DNA of 64,000 bases from positions 11,896-75,895 of the forward strand of contig JAPDJO010000035.1 of assembly GCA_029259115.1 (NCBI GenBank), written 5' to 3'. The translations under genes and the position numbers were made by a program. Source of the DNA: Thermoplasmatota archaeon (GTDB taxonomy: Archaea > Thermoplasmatota > E2 > DHVEG-1 > B18-G2). Position 1 is the first letter of the stretch; each line of letters opens with the position of its first letter. This document shows, piece by piece, positions 1-8,757 of this stretch. Below the pieces are notes generated by a model. That model was not told where the DNA came from and searched no databases. It worked only from the letters and a program-made list of their open reading frames with translations.

Positions 1-542
1 AGCAATCCTAAAACGGTTATGTCTACGAGATTCTGTGATAAATAAACACATGGTGCAAGATGCCATATGCCAATAAGTTTCTCCTGTATCTCATAGTCTA
101 ATAGGTTATAGGTAAAATATTCATCGTCCCCCTTTACTATAAATTTGTTATCGAATTCTTCCGAACCCATTTGTATGTCTTTCATACCAAAGGCCTTAGC
201 TATCCTCGAGAGAGTAGTCTCCCTGTAAACGATTACCTCGTGATTTAAGCTAAGATCATGAAACACATAAAGAGTGGTTTTAGGTGGTGAATACCTACTA
301 CCTGGCTTAAATCTGATGACTAATTTTGCTCCATCATGATTAAATTGTAATGATGGATAGATAATCGGATACCTCGTGACCTCTCCACCTCTTTTTTCTG
401 CTATGCGTTGCAGAACCTGGATAAGCCTTTTCCTTCGCCTATTCATCAGAATAAGAAAGGTTACCAAAACAAGTGCTATTACTAGGATTGACAGAACCGA
501 TAGAAAAGGAAGGTATTCAATATAAGTTACCTGTTGATACAT
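1..542 (-). CDS. Hypothetical protein with N-terminal membrane anchor (3' end runs off the window)
   Basis: Manual translation from ATG at 542: MYQQVTYIEYLPFLSVLSILVIALVLVTFLILMNRRRKR...KAFGMKDIQMGSEEFDNKFIVKG..., open to position 1. One TM helix followed by a basic stretch. Not in the ORF track. Confidence 0.7.
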   Translation of the reverse strand, partial: MYQQVTYIEYLPFLSVLSILVIALVLVTFLILMNRRRKRLIQVLQRIAEKRGGEVTRYPIIYPSLQFNHDGAKLVIRFKPGSRYSPPKTTLYVFHDLSLNHEVIVYRETTLSRIAKAFGMKDIQMGSEEFDNKFIVKGDDEYFTYNLLDYEIQEKLIGIWHLAPCVYLSQNLVDITVLGL

Positions 543-646
543 AATTATCCATTTCAGCAAGTTTTTATTTAAATTTTACTTAAAAAATTGTTCATAGTCG
601 GGCATAGTAACCTTCAAAAACTCTGATTTTATGTTTATTAATACCT

Positions 647-717
647 GGGCGGGTAACAAAGGGGCTATGTGGTGGACTGCAGATCCACTTACGTGGGTTC
701 GAATCCCACCCCGCCCT
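647..717 (+). tRNA. tRNA-Cys (GCA)
   Basis: Acceptor stem GGGCGGG/CCCGCCC, anticodon arm GTGGA-CTGCAGA-TCCAC, T arm GTGGG-TTCGAAT-CCCAC, U73 discriminator. No encoded CCA. Confidence 0.95.
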
Positions 718-722
718 CTGGA

Positions 723-3700
723 GTGAGGAGGGTAAAGCTTGTAATAATAGCAATCCTCCTTCTCCCCGCATTCTGTCCCATATCTGTAGGAAAAGGAGAG
801 ACAAAGATATGGATAAATGAGGTGATGTATAATCCAGATGATGGAGGGACTGAATGGATAGAGCTCTACAACCCAAACAGCTTTCTTGTTGATATATCCG
901 GATGGTATATCTCTGATGATCCAAGTCCCTATTCTCCAGGTAGAGAAGGCGCATGCAGATTTCCAGAAAATACCTTCATCTCGGAGAAATCTTACTTGAT
1001 TATCGCAGAAAACGGTTCGGCATTTTACAGGGAATATGGATTCTATCCAGATTTCGAGATAGAAGATTCTAATGAGAATGTAAGAAATCTCGTTATTGAA
1101 TCTCGAGGTTTCAAATTGTCAAACAGTGGAGATGATATTCATCTGTTTAATGATGGCTTGGAAGAAATAGATGTGGTATGGTATGGAGATGGTGGAGATC
1201 TCGGTAGAGATGGTTCTGCACCAGGCGTAAGAAGAGGCTACTCTTTATCGAGATACAGATACTCTGGTATACCATCGAATGATTTCAGAGAGAGTAGTAT
1301 ACCTACGCCTGGCGAAGAGAATTTTCTGCATAGGGAAGCAAAAATAAGCATCGATATCTTTCCAAAATTTTTGCCCAAGATAGAGAAAGGAAAAGAATAC
1401 AGTTTGATTTTTCTAATCAAGGTGAGTTTGAACACCTCTACAGAGGGACACTGGAGGATGAAAGCATATGTTGTGGGCAAAAACGATTCCAGATACCCTT
1501 CTACACAAACGTGGAATGGTGAAGATTGGATTTATTCATATAGATATGCCTTCGAGGGGTATGGGAACTTTTCAGAATGGATAGCTCTGAGGTTTTGCAG
1601 GAAGTATGAAGACTACGAGAATATAGAGAATGGAAGTGAGGCTTTTATATACGTGAAGTGTGAGATTGAGAATGATTATCTCATCGATTTCAAGAGAGTT
1701 TATTTATTGGATATGGACAACTCCACATCAAACGCAAGTGAAGGAGGTCTCGTTATAGGCAGGATAAACGAGAGGAACAGGATAATTATGCTGAAAAGTA
1801 ACGGTACAGTTCTCTCTACATCTATATCCGAGATAAACCATATAGAAGATGGTAATCCAGAAATAGAGGGATTTTTCAAGATGTATGCACCCCTTGGAGT
1901 AAGGTTAACATTGGTTGATGAAAGAAACAAAGTGTTGAGAGATGGTTTGTTTGCAATTCGAGGATATTTCGATGTCAATGCATGGATGGGAAGATACCTC
2001 TGGGTGGAAAACTGCGGAGATTTTCCAGAAACTATAATCATCGAAGGGAAGAAAAGAGCTCATGTGTTCCTCTATCCTGGAGAGATAGCAGATATCAATA
2101 TCTCTGAAATTGGTGGAAACGATATTCTAGTATATGTGGAAGAAGATCCATCGATCTGCAAACATCTACGCTTACCAAGATATAAAGAGGATATCTCCAT
2201 AGCCTGGATAAAGATTGAGGGAGCTGAAGATTTCAATTTGGGTCCAGGGAGGGTTTACAAGATCAGGGTGAGAATTGATAATAATGGAGATGATGAGATA
2301 AGAGATATCATCGTCAAATTTTACCTGGATGGAAAAGAGATCGGTTGGAAGCTGTATGACCGCATAGGGAGATATCCGAAGTACCCATCTGTAATATTAG
2401 ATACATCTGGCTTGGCCGGAAGGCACAAGATAACGGTTGTGATTGATTATGAAGACAAAACCTTGGAGAAATCCATCAACATTAACATTTCAGATAAAGA
2501 GTTGGTAAGAAATATTCTTATCACAAAGGTGTTTTGCTATGGTTTCTCCTGGCTTGATGGAGAGTTTTTAGAGATTTGTAATCAAAACAATCAAAGTATC
2601 GACATATCTGGATGGTATTTTACAGATAGACCAAACGAAAGGGTGGATAAACAACCAAAGATAGTATTTCCAGAAGGGAGCATAATAGAAGCTGGTTCTT
2701 CTATAGTTATCTCATCGAACTCCTCTGCCTATAAAAATCTGTTTGCTTGCTATCCAGATTTTGAGTACAATTTTGATATTCCCGAGGTTAAAGACATGAT
2801 AGAAGAGGGTTCGGTTATCCTGAATAATAAGGCAGATGTGATTGCACTTAAAGATAGGTATAACAGAACCATTGATGTGATCATCTACGGGGAATGGAAG
2901 AGGGTTATTGGATGGGAAGGGAAGCCGGTTGGAAGATTAAGAAAAGGAGAGATCTTTGAAAGAAAAAGAGAAAATGGGCCCTACCTTGATACAAACACAT
3001 CATTAGACTGGAAAATTGTAAAGTTAGGTAGATCGAAGATCGATACAACTCTGTTTTCTGGTAATATGGGGATAGTTGGTGCGGTCTCACCTGACTGTTC
3101 TTTAAGTGTTTTGATAAAAGAGTTGAACACTACAAAACGATTCGTGATACTAAATTCTTATCTATTTGCAAATCCATGGATAGAGGATATCCTTATGAGA
3201 TTGATGGAGAGAGGAGTTAATATAACTATTTTGGTCGAAGGCAACCCCGTAGCTGAGAAAGAAAATAAAGATTCTCTGAAGAGACTGAAAGACGAAGGTG
3301 CGATAATCTATGAGATGAAAAGTTCGGATGGATATAGGAGATATAGATTCGATCACGCGAAATACTGTATCATAGACAACCGCTCTCTAATCATAGGAAG
3401 TGCAAACTTCGATCGGAATGGGTATCCAAAGGGAAAAGGGAATAGAGAATGGCTGGTTATTGTGAGAAACTCTTCTGTTGCCAGATTCTTCTATAGATTG
3501 TTTAAGATGGATATCAGCATGCCAGATGTTTGCGTGGTAAACATCTCTGCTCGTGATGAGCATAATGAACCTTTTGCCCCTGAGGATAAATTCCTTCCAA
3601 GAATGGAGCCATTGGAGGTAGAAGATAATGTTACCATTTTACCCATAATCTCCCCAGACAATAGCGAAAAGGTTTTGGTAGAGATTCTCAGAAGAGCAAA

Positions 3701-4175
3701 ACAAAGCATCTACATAGAACAGATGATCTTTGATCCTTATGAGATCGATAGATTAACTAGAGAGTTGATCAATGCATCCCGTAGAGGGGTTGATGTCAAA
3801 ATCATCGTCAACTCGAGATATGCTGAAAAGGAAAAGCTATCTGTATTACGAGACTATGGCATAGATGTGAAGTTGGTGGATCCAAAAGATTTGGATCTAA
3901 CAAATATACATGTTAAAGGTATCATAGTAGACAACTCTACGGTTGTAATTTCCAGCATAAATCTGAACCATGGTTCCATCTATGAGAACAGAGAAGCTGG
4001 TCTCGTTATAGAGAATCAAGAAATCGCGAGATATTTTGCAAAAGCGTTTTTCTTGGATTGGAGGATGAAAGTGGAAAGTTCCGAGAAAGATTATAAAAGT
4101 GTCTTTTTGTTAACCTTTCTTCTATGTCTAACACTCACAGCGATACTGAAAAATTGGAGGAGTAAGATAAGATGA
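723..4175 (+). CDS. Secreted, C-terminally anchored protein: two lamin-tail domains, a CARDB-like Ig domain and two phospholipase D (HKD) domains
   Basis: Start moved to GTG 723 because the ORF-track start lies inside tRNA-Cys. Signal peptide MRRVKLVIIAILLLP; LTD motifs INEVMYNP..EWIELYNP..DISGW and EFLEICNQ..DISGW; HKD motifs HAKYCIID..GSAN and HVKGIIVD..SSIN; C-terminal TM helix plus basic tail. Confidence 0.85.
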   Translation: MRRVKLVIIAILLLPAFCPISVGKGETKIWINEVMYNPDDGGTEWIELYNPNSFLVDISGWYISDDPSPYSPGREGACRFPENTFISEKSYLIIAENGSAFYREYGFYPDFEIEDSNENVRNLVIESRGFKLSNSGDDIHLFNDGLEEIDVVWYGDGGDLGRDGSAPGVRRGYSLSRYRYSGIPSNDFRESSIPTPGEENFLHREAKISIDIFPKFLPKIEKGKEYSLIFLIKVSLNTSTEGHWRMKAYVVGKNDSRYPSTQTWNGEDWIYSYRYAFEGYGNFSEWIALRFCRKYEDYENIENGSEAFIYVKCEIENDYLIDFKRVYLLDMDNSTSNASEGGLVIGRINERNRIIMLKSNGTVLSTSISEINHIEDGNPEIEGFFKMYAPLGVRLTLVDERNKVLRDGLFAIRGYFDVNAWMGRYLWVENCGDFPETIIIEGKKRAHVFLYPGEIADINISEIGGNDILVYVEEDPSICKHLRLPRYKEDISIAWIKIEGAEDFNLGPGRVYKIRVRIDNNGDDEIRDIIVKFYLDGKEIGWKLYDRIGRYPKYPSVILDTSGLAGRHKITVVIDYEDKTLEKSININISDKELVRNILITKVFCYGFSWLDGEFLEICNQNNQSIDISGWYFTDRPNERVDKQPKIVFPEGSIIEAGSSIVISSNSSAYKNLFACYPDFEYNFDIPEVKDMIEEGSVILNNKADVIALKDRYNRTIDVIIYGEWKRVIGWEGKPVGRLRKGEIFERKRENGPYLDTNTSLDWKIVKLGRSKIDTTLFSGNMGIVGAVSPDCSLSVLIKELNTTKRFVILNSYLFANPWIEDILMRLMERGVNITILVEGNPVAEKENKDSLKRLKDEGAIIYEMKSSDGYRRYRFDHAKYCIIDNRSLIIGSANFDRNGYPKGKGNREWLVIVRNSSVARFFYRLFKMDISMPDVCVVNISARDEHNEPFAPEDKFLPRMEPLEVEDNVTILPIISPDNSEKVLVEILRRAKQSIYIEQMIFDPYEIDRLTRELINASRRGVDVKIIVNSRYAEKEKLSVLRDYGIDVKLVDPKDLDLTNIHVKGIIVDNSTVVISSINLNHGSIYENREAGLVIENQEIARYFAKAFFLDWRMKVESSEKDYKSVFLLTFLLCLTLTAILKNWRSKIR

Positions 4176-5041
4176 TTAACCATTTGCTCTCGATAGTTTC
4201 GTTGATTATTATAGTTCTGGCCTTTCTATTCGCATATAAGAGGAACTTTGGCGTCACTCTAGCTCTTCTGATTTCCAATTTTGCCATATTCATTATCTCT
4301 TCTCTATATCCAGAAGTGGTCTTCGATCTTGGATTTAAGCCAACCTATCTTTATGAAAATCCTGCAAGATTGTATACACTTGTAACAACCATGTTCTTAC
4401 ATGCAGATTTATCTCATATACTTGGAAACATGATCACTCTCTTCTTTTTAGGGATTCCTTTCGAAAGGAGAGTGGGTTGGAAGAAATTTTCTCTCATCTA
4501 CTTTATCTCAAGCATAGGCGGAGCAGTACTCTATTCCATGATCAATCCAAAACCTGTTTTGCTTATAGGAGCATCTGGCGCGATATTTGGCATATTGGGA
4601 GCGTTTGCACTCGCATATCCGTTTGATGAGATCATCATGCCTTTGCCTGTGTTTTTTGTTGCTTTCCTTACTAGGATAAAGGTAATCTACGCTGCAATAT
4701 TCTTTGGATTCTTGGAGATAGCTTTCAGTTTCTTTTCATCCAGCTATGACAACGTAGCTCATGTAGCGCACATTGGCGGATTACTAACGGGTATAGCGCT
4801 ATCGTATGTTCTTCTCAGGGAGAGAAAAGTAAGAATAGGTATAGTTGAGTACAGAAACTTAGAAGAGGTTTCTAACGATGTCAGATTGATAGATAGGATA
4901 AGGTATGAGAGTATACCAGAGGTGAGAAACGAGTGGATGAAGGAGTTTATCAGGGATTACAGATGTCCCTACTGTGGAGGAAAGCTAAAAATCTTTAGAG
5001 GGAATATCTATTGCAAAAGATGTGATCTTATCTTTAGATGA
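4172..5041 (+). CDS. Rhomboid intramembrane serine protease with C-terminal Zn ribbon
   Basis: HILGNM, GASGA (catalytic Ser), AHIGG (catalytic His); C-terminal CPYC...CKRC; ATGA overlap with the upstream gene. Confidence 0.9.
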   Translation: MINHLLSIVSLIIIVLAFLFAYKRNFGVTLALLISNFAIFIISSLYPEVVFDLGFKPTYLYENPARLYTLVTTMFLHADLSHILGNMITLFFLGIPFERRVGWKKFSLIYFISSIGGAVLYSMINPKPVLLIGASGAIFGILGAFALAYPFDEIIMPLPVFFVAFLTRIKVIYAAIFFGFLEIAFSFFSSSYDNVAHVAHIGGLLTGIALSYVLLRERKVRIGIVEYRNLEEVSNDVRLIDRIRYESIPEVRNEWMKEFIRDYRCPYCGGKLKIFRGNIYCKRCDLIFR

Positions 5042-5047
5042 ATATGT

Positions 5048-5923
5048 TTAGTGTAGTATTCCATGGAAGATTAGGGATGACAAAATATAACCAATTATAG
5101 CTCCGGTATTCAAGAAGGGCAGACCCGCGTGGGGCTTATCTTTAGATGGAAATACCATTAGACAAATGAATCCTGTGATTATTCCAGCGACAACCGATAG
5201 GGATATCTCCAATGAGGAAGTGAAGCTGTAGGCTGAGATAACAAGTATTCCGGGTATAACAACATCTCCGACACCAACAAATAGTGCATCTCTCTCCTTT
5301 CTTTTTACCTGCTTCTTGAGGCCTCCGACTTGCTTCCTGAACCTGTATTTTATCTTGTAGGGTATTATGAAGAGTACCGGCAGTTTCAGATCAACTATTG
5401 TATCTGCAAGATCTATCATATGCTTTGTTTTGTAAACGGATATGGCATCATAGAGAGCGAGCACGATCAGAAGTGGAATAACCAAATATGGAGAGATGGA
5501 GATGCCGAAGATTGTTACCGCGCCTATGCTGAGGATTATTGCAGAGAGATCTATAACATACCATTCAGGGTAAAGCAGGAGAAGAATGATGAGTGCTACG
5601 GGTATTGCTAAAGAAAGTGCATTCGCGACAATACTTGTTACAAAGCCATAAAGCAGAGCTTGGAATAGGGTGAACATTGTAGCGATGATTGCGAGAAGTA
5701 CAAACACATGTATCGCTTCCTTCTTCCACAATTTAGCAATTATGATTATCAGCGCGGTTATGATAAGTAGGGTTGCAATGAAATAAACTATGTTTGCAGG
5801 ATTATCTGGATTTTCAAACGCTCTGATACCAAGCCTTTCAAACTTTTCAGCAATCGCAATCGATACAAGATACACGAATAAGAATATGGAGATCATACCA
5901 GCTATAGATGGTATTCCTCTCAT
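5048..5923 (-). CDS. Presenilin/SPP-like intramembrane aspartyl protease (PSH family)
   Basis: YD (LYDAISVY), GxGD (GVGD), AGLP motif, multiple TM helices, GGAGG RBS. Confidence 0.9.
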   Translation of the reverse strand: MRGIPSIAGMISIFLFVYLVSIAIAEKFERLGIRAFENPDNPANIVYFIATLLIITALIIIIAKLWKKEAIHVFVLLAIIATMFTLFQALLYGFVTSIVANALSLAIPVALIILLLLYPEWYVIDLSAIILSIGAVTIFGISISPYLVIPLLIVLALYDAISVYKTKHMIDLADTIVDLKLPVLFIIPYKIKYRFRKQVGGLKKQVKRKERDALFVGVGDVVIPGILVISAYSFTSSLEISLSVVAGIITGFICLMVFPSKDKPHAGLPFLNTGAIIGYILSSLIFHGILH

Positions 5924-6011
5924 GCTATCCTCCTCCAGAGATTCAAAATGCCGTATTTAATAGTATATCAACAAACCTTAATAACCTCTAGAGTATCACA
6001 GGCAGAAAGAC

Positions 6012-7775
6012 ATGGAAAAATCGAGCCGCAATGATAGATATCCTAAACTTTACATTGCTTTATTCCTGATACTCGCTTTAGCGATAACCATTAGATCTCT
6101 GCCAGCATGGACAAACGCTGCATGGGGTAACGATTTTGGGATATACTACGGGATAACCACATCCATACTTAAGGAACAGCATATCTTTGTAGAGTACAAT
6201 GGATGGGGAAGTTCGTATCAGTATTTTCCCGTACTCTACATGACATCCATAGCGGTGCATCTGATTACAGGCATGGACATCTTCTGGCTCATGCCTAAAA
6301 TTGCTCCAATCATAGGAGGATTAACCGTTTTGATAATCTACTGCATGGTTTCTTACCTTTTTAAAGATAGAAAACTTGCCCTCCTCTCTTCCTTATTGCT
6401 TGCGATAGCTCCATTTCATGTTTACCAAACCAGCCATGCAGCTCCACTAACGATGGGTCACTTTTTCATGCTGCTCTCCATCTACCTCTTTTTAAGATGT
6501 GTGAAAGGTAATTTGTCTGCAATGGTATTTTTGATTCCCTCTACGCTTCTGCTCATCCTATCTCATCATCTCTCAACCTACTTTTATCTCATATCCATAG
6601 ATGCAATCTTTCTGGTGAGTTTAGTGTTGAAAAAGAGGGTAGAGAAGAGAGACTGTGCACTCCTCTCCTATCTACTTCTGGCGGCGCTTTCAACATTTAG
6701 CTACTGGTCAATAGTTGCGAAACCGGTTTTCTACAATTTCATGCCCGCTGGCTTTCCTCTTGCTCCGCATCAAACTGTTATCCTCTACTTTACTCTCCTT
6801 CTGTGCAGTTTCTTCCTGATAACGAGATGCGAGAGTTTAAAGAATAGATTGTTCAAACTCGTAACCGCACATCCGAAGATGGGTTACAAAACAAAGATTA
6901 TCCTGACCTTTCTCCTGATTATATTCTTTGAAATTCTCTTCATGCTGTTTCCTGTGCCAGGCGTGAAGGTAAGGATAAATCCCGCTACAATCATCTACTC
7001 CATACCTATCGCTACTCTCTTCAGTTTTGGTACAGCTGGATTGAGCCTGTTAAAAAGGTCTGAAGAAGGTTTACTTATCCGTTGGTGGTTCATCGCGATA
7101 TTTGCATCTTTCATTTATGCTGTTGTGTACAGGGAAACCTCGATCTACCCAGATAGGCACTTAGAGTACCTTATGGTTCCTCTTTCTATAGCGATTGCGT
7201 TTTCTTTCAGCAAGTATTTCAGAGAGTGCAGATTTCTACATGCAATGCACCTGAGTAAAACAAAGTACTCAATAGGTGTGAGCCTCATCGGTCTCTTGAT
7301 GTTTTCGAACATGGTGGTTGTCTATCCAGCCTTCGATTCCATAAATGCAGCGGATGAAAGAATAACTGATCCTTGCATAAACGCTATAGAATGGTTGAGA
7401 GAGAATGTAAACACTAGCTTGGTTATAGCCTCGGATCACAGGTTATCCATGCTTCTCTGGGCGAATGGCTTTAATTTCGTTTCCGATGAGACAAACCTTA
7501 CATGGACCTCTGAGTCTTGGGAAGAATGCAAAGCAGAGATTGAGTCCCTAAATATCTCGTATATCCTGATTGATGATATCATGAAAGATAAGGTAGTGAA
7601 TGTTGGCGTCGGGAAATACTACCAGATGAGTAATGCCTCTTATGAAAAATTCAGAAGAGAGCCTTTTGAGTTGGTTTACAGGAATGCTACTTATAGTATC
7701 GATGGAGAAGAGATCAGCTGGGCTGAGATCTACTATGTAAACTGGAGTTATGTCTATGGAAGGGATGAGAGTTAA
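6012..7775 (+). CDS. Polytopic membrane protein, probable GT-C (PMT-like) glycosyltransferase
   Basis: About 13 hydrophobic segments; WGND acidic motif after TM1; C-terminal soluble domain (AIEWLREN..VIASD..YILID) typical of GT-C proteins. Confidence 0.6.
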   Translation: MEKSSRNDRYPKLYIALFLILALAITIRSLPAWTNAAWGNDFGIYYGITTSILKEQHIFVEYNGWGSSYQYFPVLYMTSIAVHLITGMDIFWLMPKIAPIIGGLTVLIIYCMVSYLFKDRKLALLSSLLLAIAPFHVYQTSHAAPLTMGHFFMLLSIYLFLRCVKGNLSAMVFLIPSTLLLILSHHLSTYFYLISIDAIFLVSLVLKKRVEKRDCALLSYLLLAALSTFSYWSIVAKPVFYNFMPAGFPLAPHQTVILYFTLLLCSFFLITRCESLKNRLFKLVTAHPKMGYKTKIILTFLLIIFFEILFMLFPVPGVKVRINPATIIYSIPIATLFSFGTAGLSLLKRSEEGLLIRWWFIAIFASFIYAVVYRETSIYPDRHLEYLMVPLSIAIAFSFSKYFRECRFLHAMHLSKTKYSIGVSLIGLLMFSNMVVVYPAFDSINAADERITDPCINAIEWLRENVNTSLVIASDHRLSMLLWANGFNFVSDETNLTWTSESWEECKAEIESLNISYILIDDIMKDKVVNVGVGKYYQMSNASYEKFRREPFELVYRNATYSIDGEEISWAEIYYVNWSYVYGRDES

Positions 7776-8757
7776 CTTTATAGTCGAGGATATGGGGAGA
7801 TTCAAATACCTTGGATGTGCAACTGTAGCGAGGGAGATATATCTTGCTTTGAGTAAAAAGATTGATGCAGATTGGAATGGGAAAGGTTATGATTATGAGA
7901 TATTCCATTTCCATACATTTGGACCCTATGCCCTCTACAGACTCAAAAGGTCAAAAGGTATCAACATCCTTACTGCACATTCCATGCCCAGCGTGAATGT
8001 GGGCAATATAATAGGAAGTAGAGATCTCTGGGAAAAGATCTATAGATGGATATACAACAAGTTTGATCACATAGTGGCGGTATCGAATGTGTGCAGAGAG
8101 GAACTGATACAGATGGATGTAAAGAAAGATTCTTCCGTGATTTACAACGGCATAGATCTTTGCAGGTTTGTATTCTCCGAAGAGAAGAGAGAGAGTTTCA
8201 GAAGGAGATATGGTCTCAAAGATAAGTTTGTTGTGCTGAATGTTGGTCAGAAAACACCCAGGAAAGGTATATACGATTTCATTGAGGTTGCAAGGATGTT
8301 AGAAGATGTTACGTTTGTCTGGGTTGGAGGCACTCCATACAGCATACTTTCCAAGGATTGGAAGAGGGTGAAGATGATTGAAAGAGATTTACCTAAAAAT
8401 GTGATATTTCCCGGATTCATACCAGACATCACCGAAGCATATTCTGGAGCAGATGTATTTTTCGCTCCGACGCATGGCGAAACTTTTGGCTTAACTCATA
8501 TAGAAGCTATGGCGTGCAATTTACCCGTAGTTACGAGGGATTTGGAGGTTTTCAGAGAGATACATGGTGATAAGATACTGTTGGGTAAAAACGTGGAAGA
8601 CTTTGCAAGAATAATAAAGAGGTTGAAAGAAGATGAGGATTTCAGAAAGAGATATTCCAACTGTAGGAAGCATGTAGAAGAGAGGTTTAACATAGAAAAG
8701 ATATGCAGGGAACATATCGATCTCTACAATCGCTTATTGGATGGGTGCAGGTCTTGA
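7765..8757 (+). CDS. Glycosyltransferase family 4 (GT-B)
   Basis: VGQKTPRKG, ETFGLTHIEAMACNLPVV (Ex7E motif); start placed at ATG 7765. Confidence 0.9.
   Translation: MRVNFIVEDMGRFKYLGCATVAREIYLALSKKIDADWNGKGYDYEIFHFHTFGPYALYRLKRSKGINILTAHSMPSVNVGNIIGSRDLWEKIYRWIYNKFDHIVAVSNVCREELIQMDVKKDSSVIYNGIDLCRFVFSEEKRESFRRRYGLKDKFVVLNVGQKTPRKGIYDFIEVARMLEDVTFVWVGGTPYSILSKDWKRVKMIERDLPKNVIFPGFIPDITEAYSGADVFFAPTHGETFGLTHIEAMACNLPVVTRDLEVFREIHGDKILLGKNVEDFARIIKRLKEDEDFRKRYSNCRKHVEERFNIEKICREHIDLYNRLLDGCRS

Noticed and set aside
669-722. ORF-track N-terminal extension of the LTD-PLD protein
   Set aside because: It lies inside tRNA-Cys; the signal peptide begins at GTG 723.
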